DNA of 34,263 nucleotides from Perkinsus olseni (Eukaryota): NCBI GenBank assembly GCA_013115125.1, contig JABANN010000377.1, positions 1 to 34,263 of the forward strand, read 5' to 3'. Shown piece by piece: positions 34,106 to 34,263 of this stretch (position 1 is its first letter; each line of letters starts with the position of its first letter). The notes under the pieces were generated by a model. It saw only the letters and a program-made list of their open reading frames with translations, ran no database searches and was not told where the DNA came from. The position numbers and the translations under genes were made by a program.

Positions 34106-34263
34106 ATTATCAGCGGCGTTCGACCCTCGTTATCCTAGATACTATTTACTGTCAAAATTCTGCTGTACCGGTACCCTGTCTGCTAGTGCATGTAGAGATA
34201 TCCCGACTGTTGTTGCGCAACTCGTTATTGGCCATTGATGAATGATGACAGAGTAGTTGCGTG

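Overview
Gene-dense eukaryotic DNA with many short (mostly about 45-130 nt) GT-AG introns and no prokaryotic operon signals. The style suggests an alveolate protist such as Perkinsus (inference only). In order, the window holds: three tandem sigma-like glutathione S-transferases with identical intron positions; a ~1.25-kb 44-bp palindromic minisatellite with an assembly gap; a weak hypothetical gene; a KDM5/JARID1-type histone demethylase (JmjN-ARID-PHD-JmjC-C5HC2); an RCC1-repeat gene; a RING gene; a tandem-PqiA-domain membrane protein; a 376-bp duplicated gene fragment; CCT4 head-to-head with V-ATPase subunit G; a ~1307-aa type I membrane protein; a 5-knuckle CNBP/UMSBP-like gene; an S10 serine carboxypeptidase; and a 3xCCCH protein. 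The most notable item is the ~1307-aa protein (24755-28855, minus strand). It appears to join a signal peptide, an IRE1/PERK-like ER-luminal domain and one TM helix to a divergent type II PI4-kinase-like domain, rather than to the usual protein kinase or kinase-RNase. All exon structures and family calls were made by eye, without database searches.
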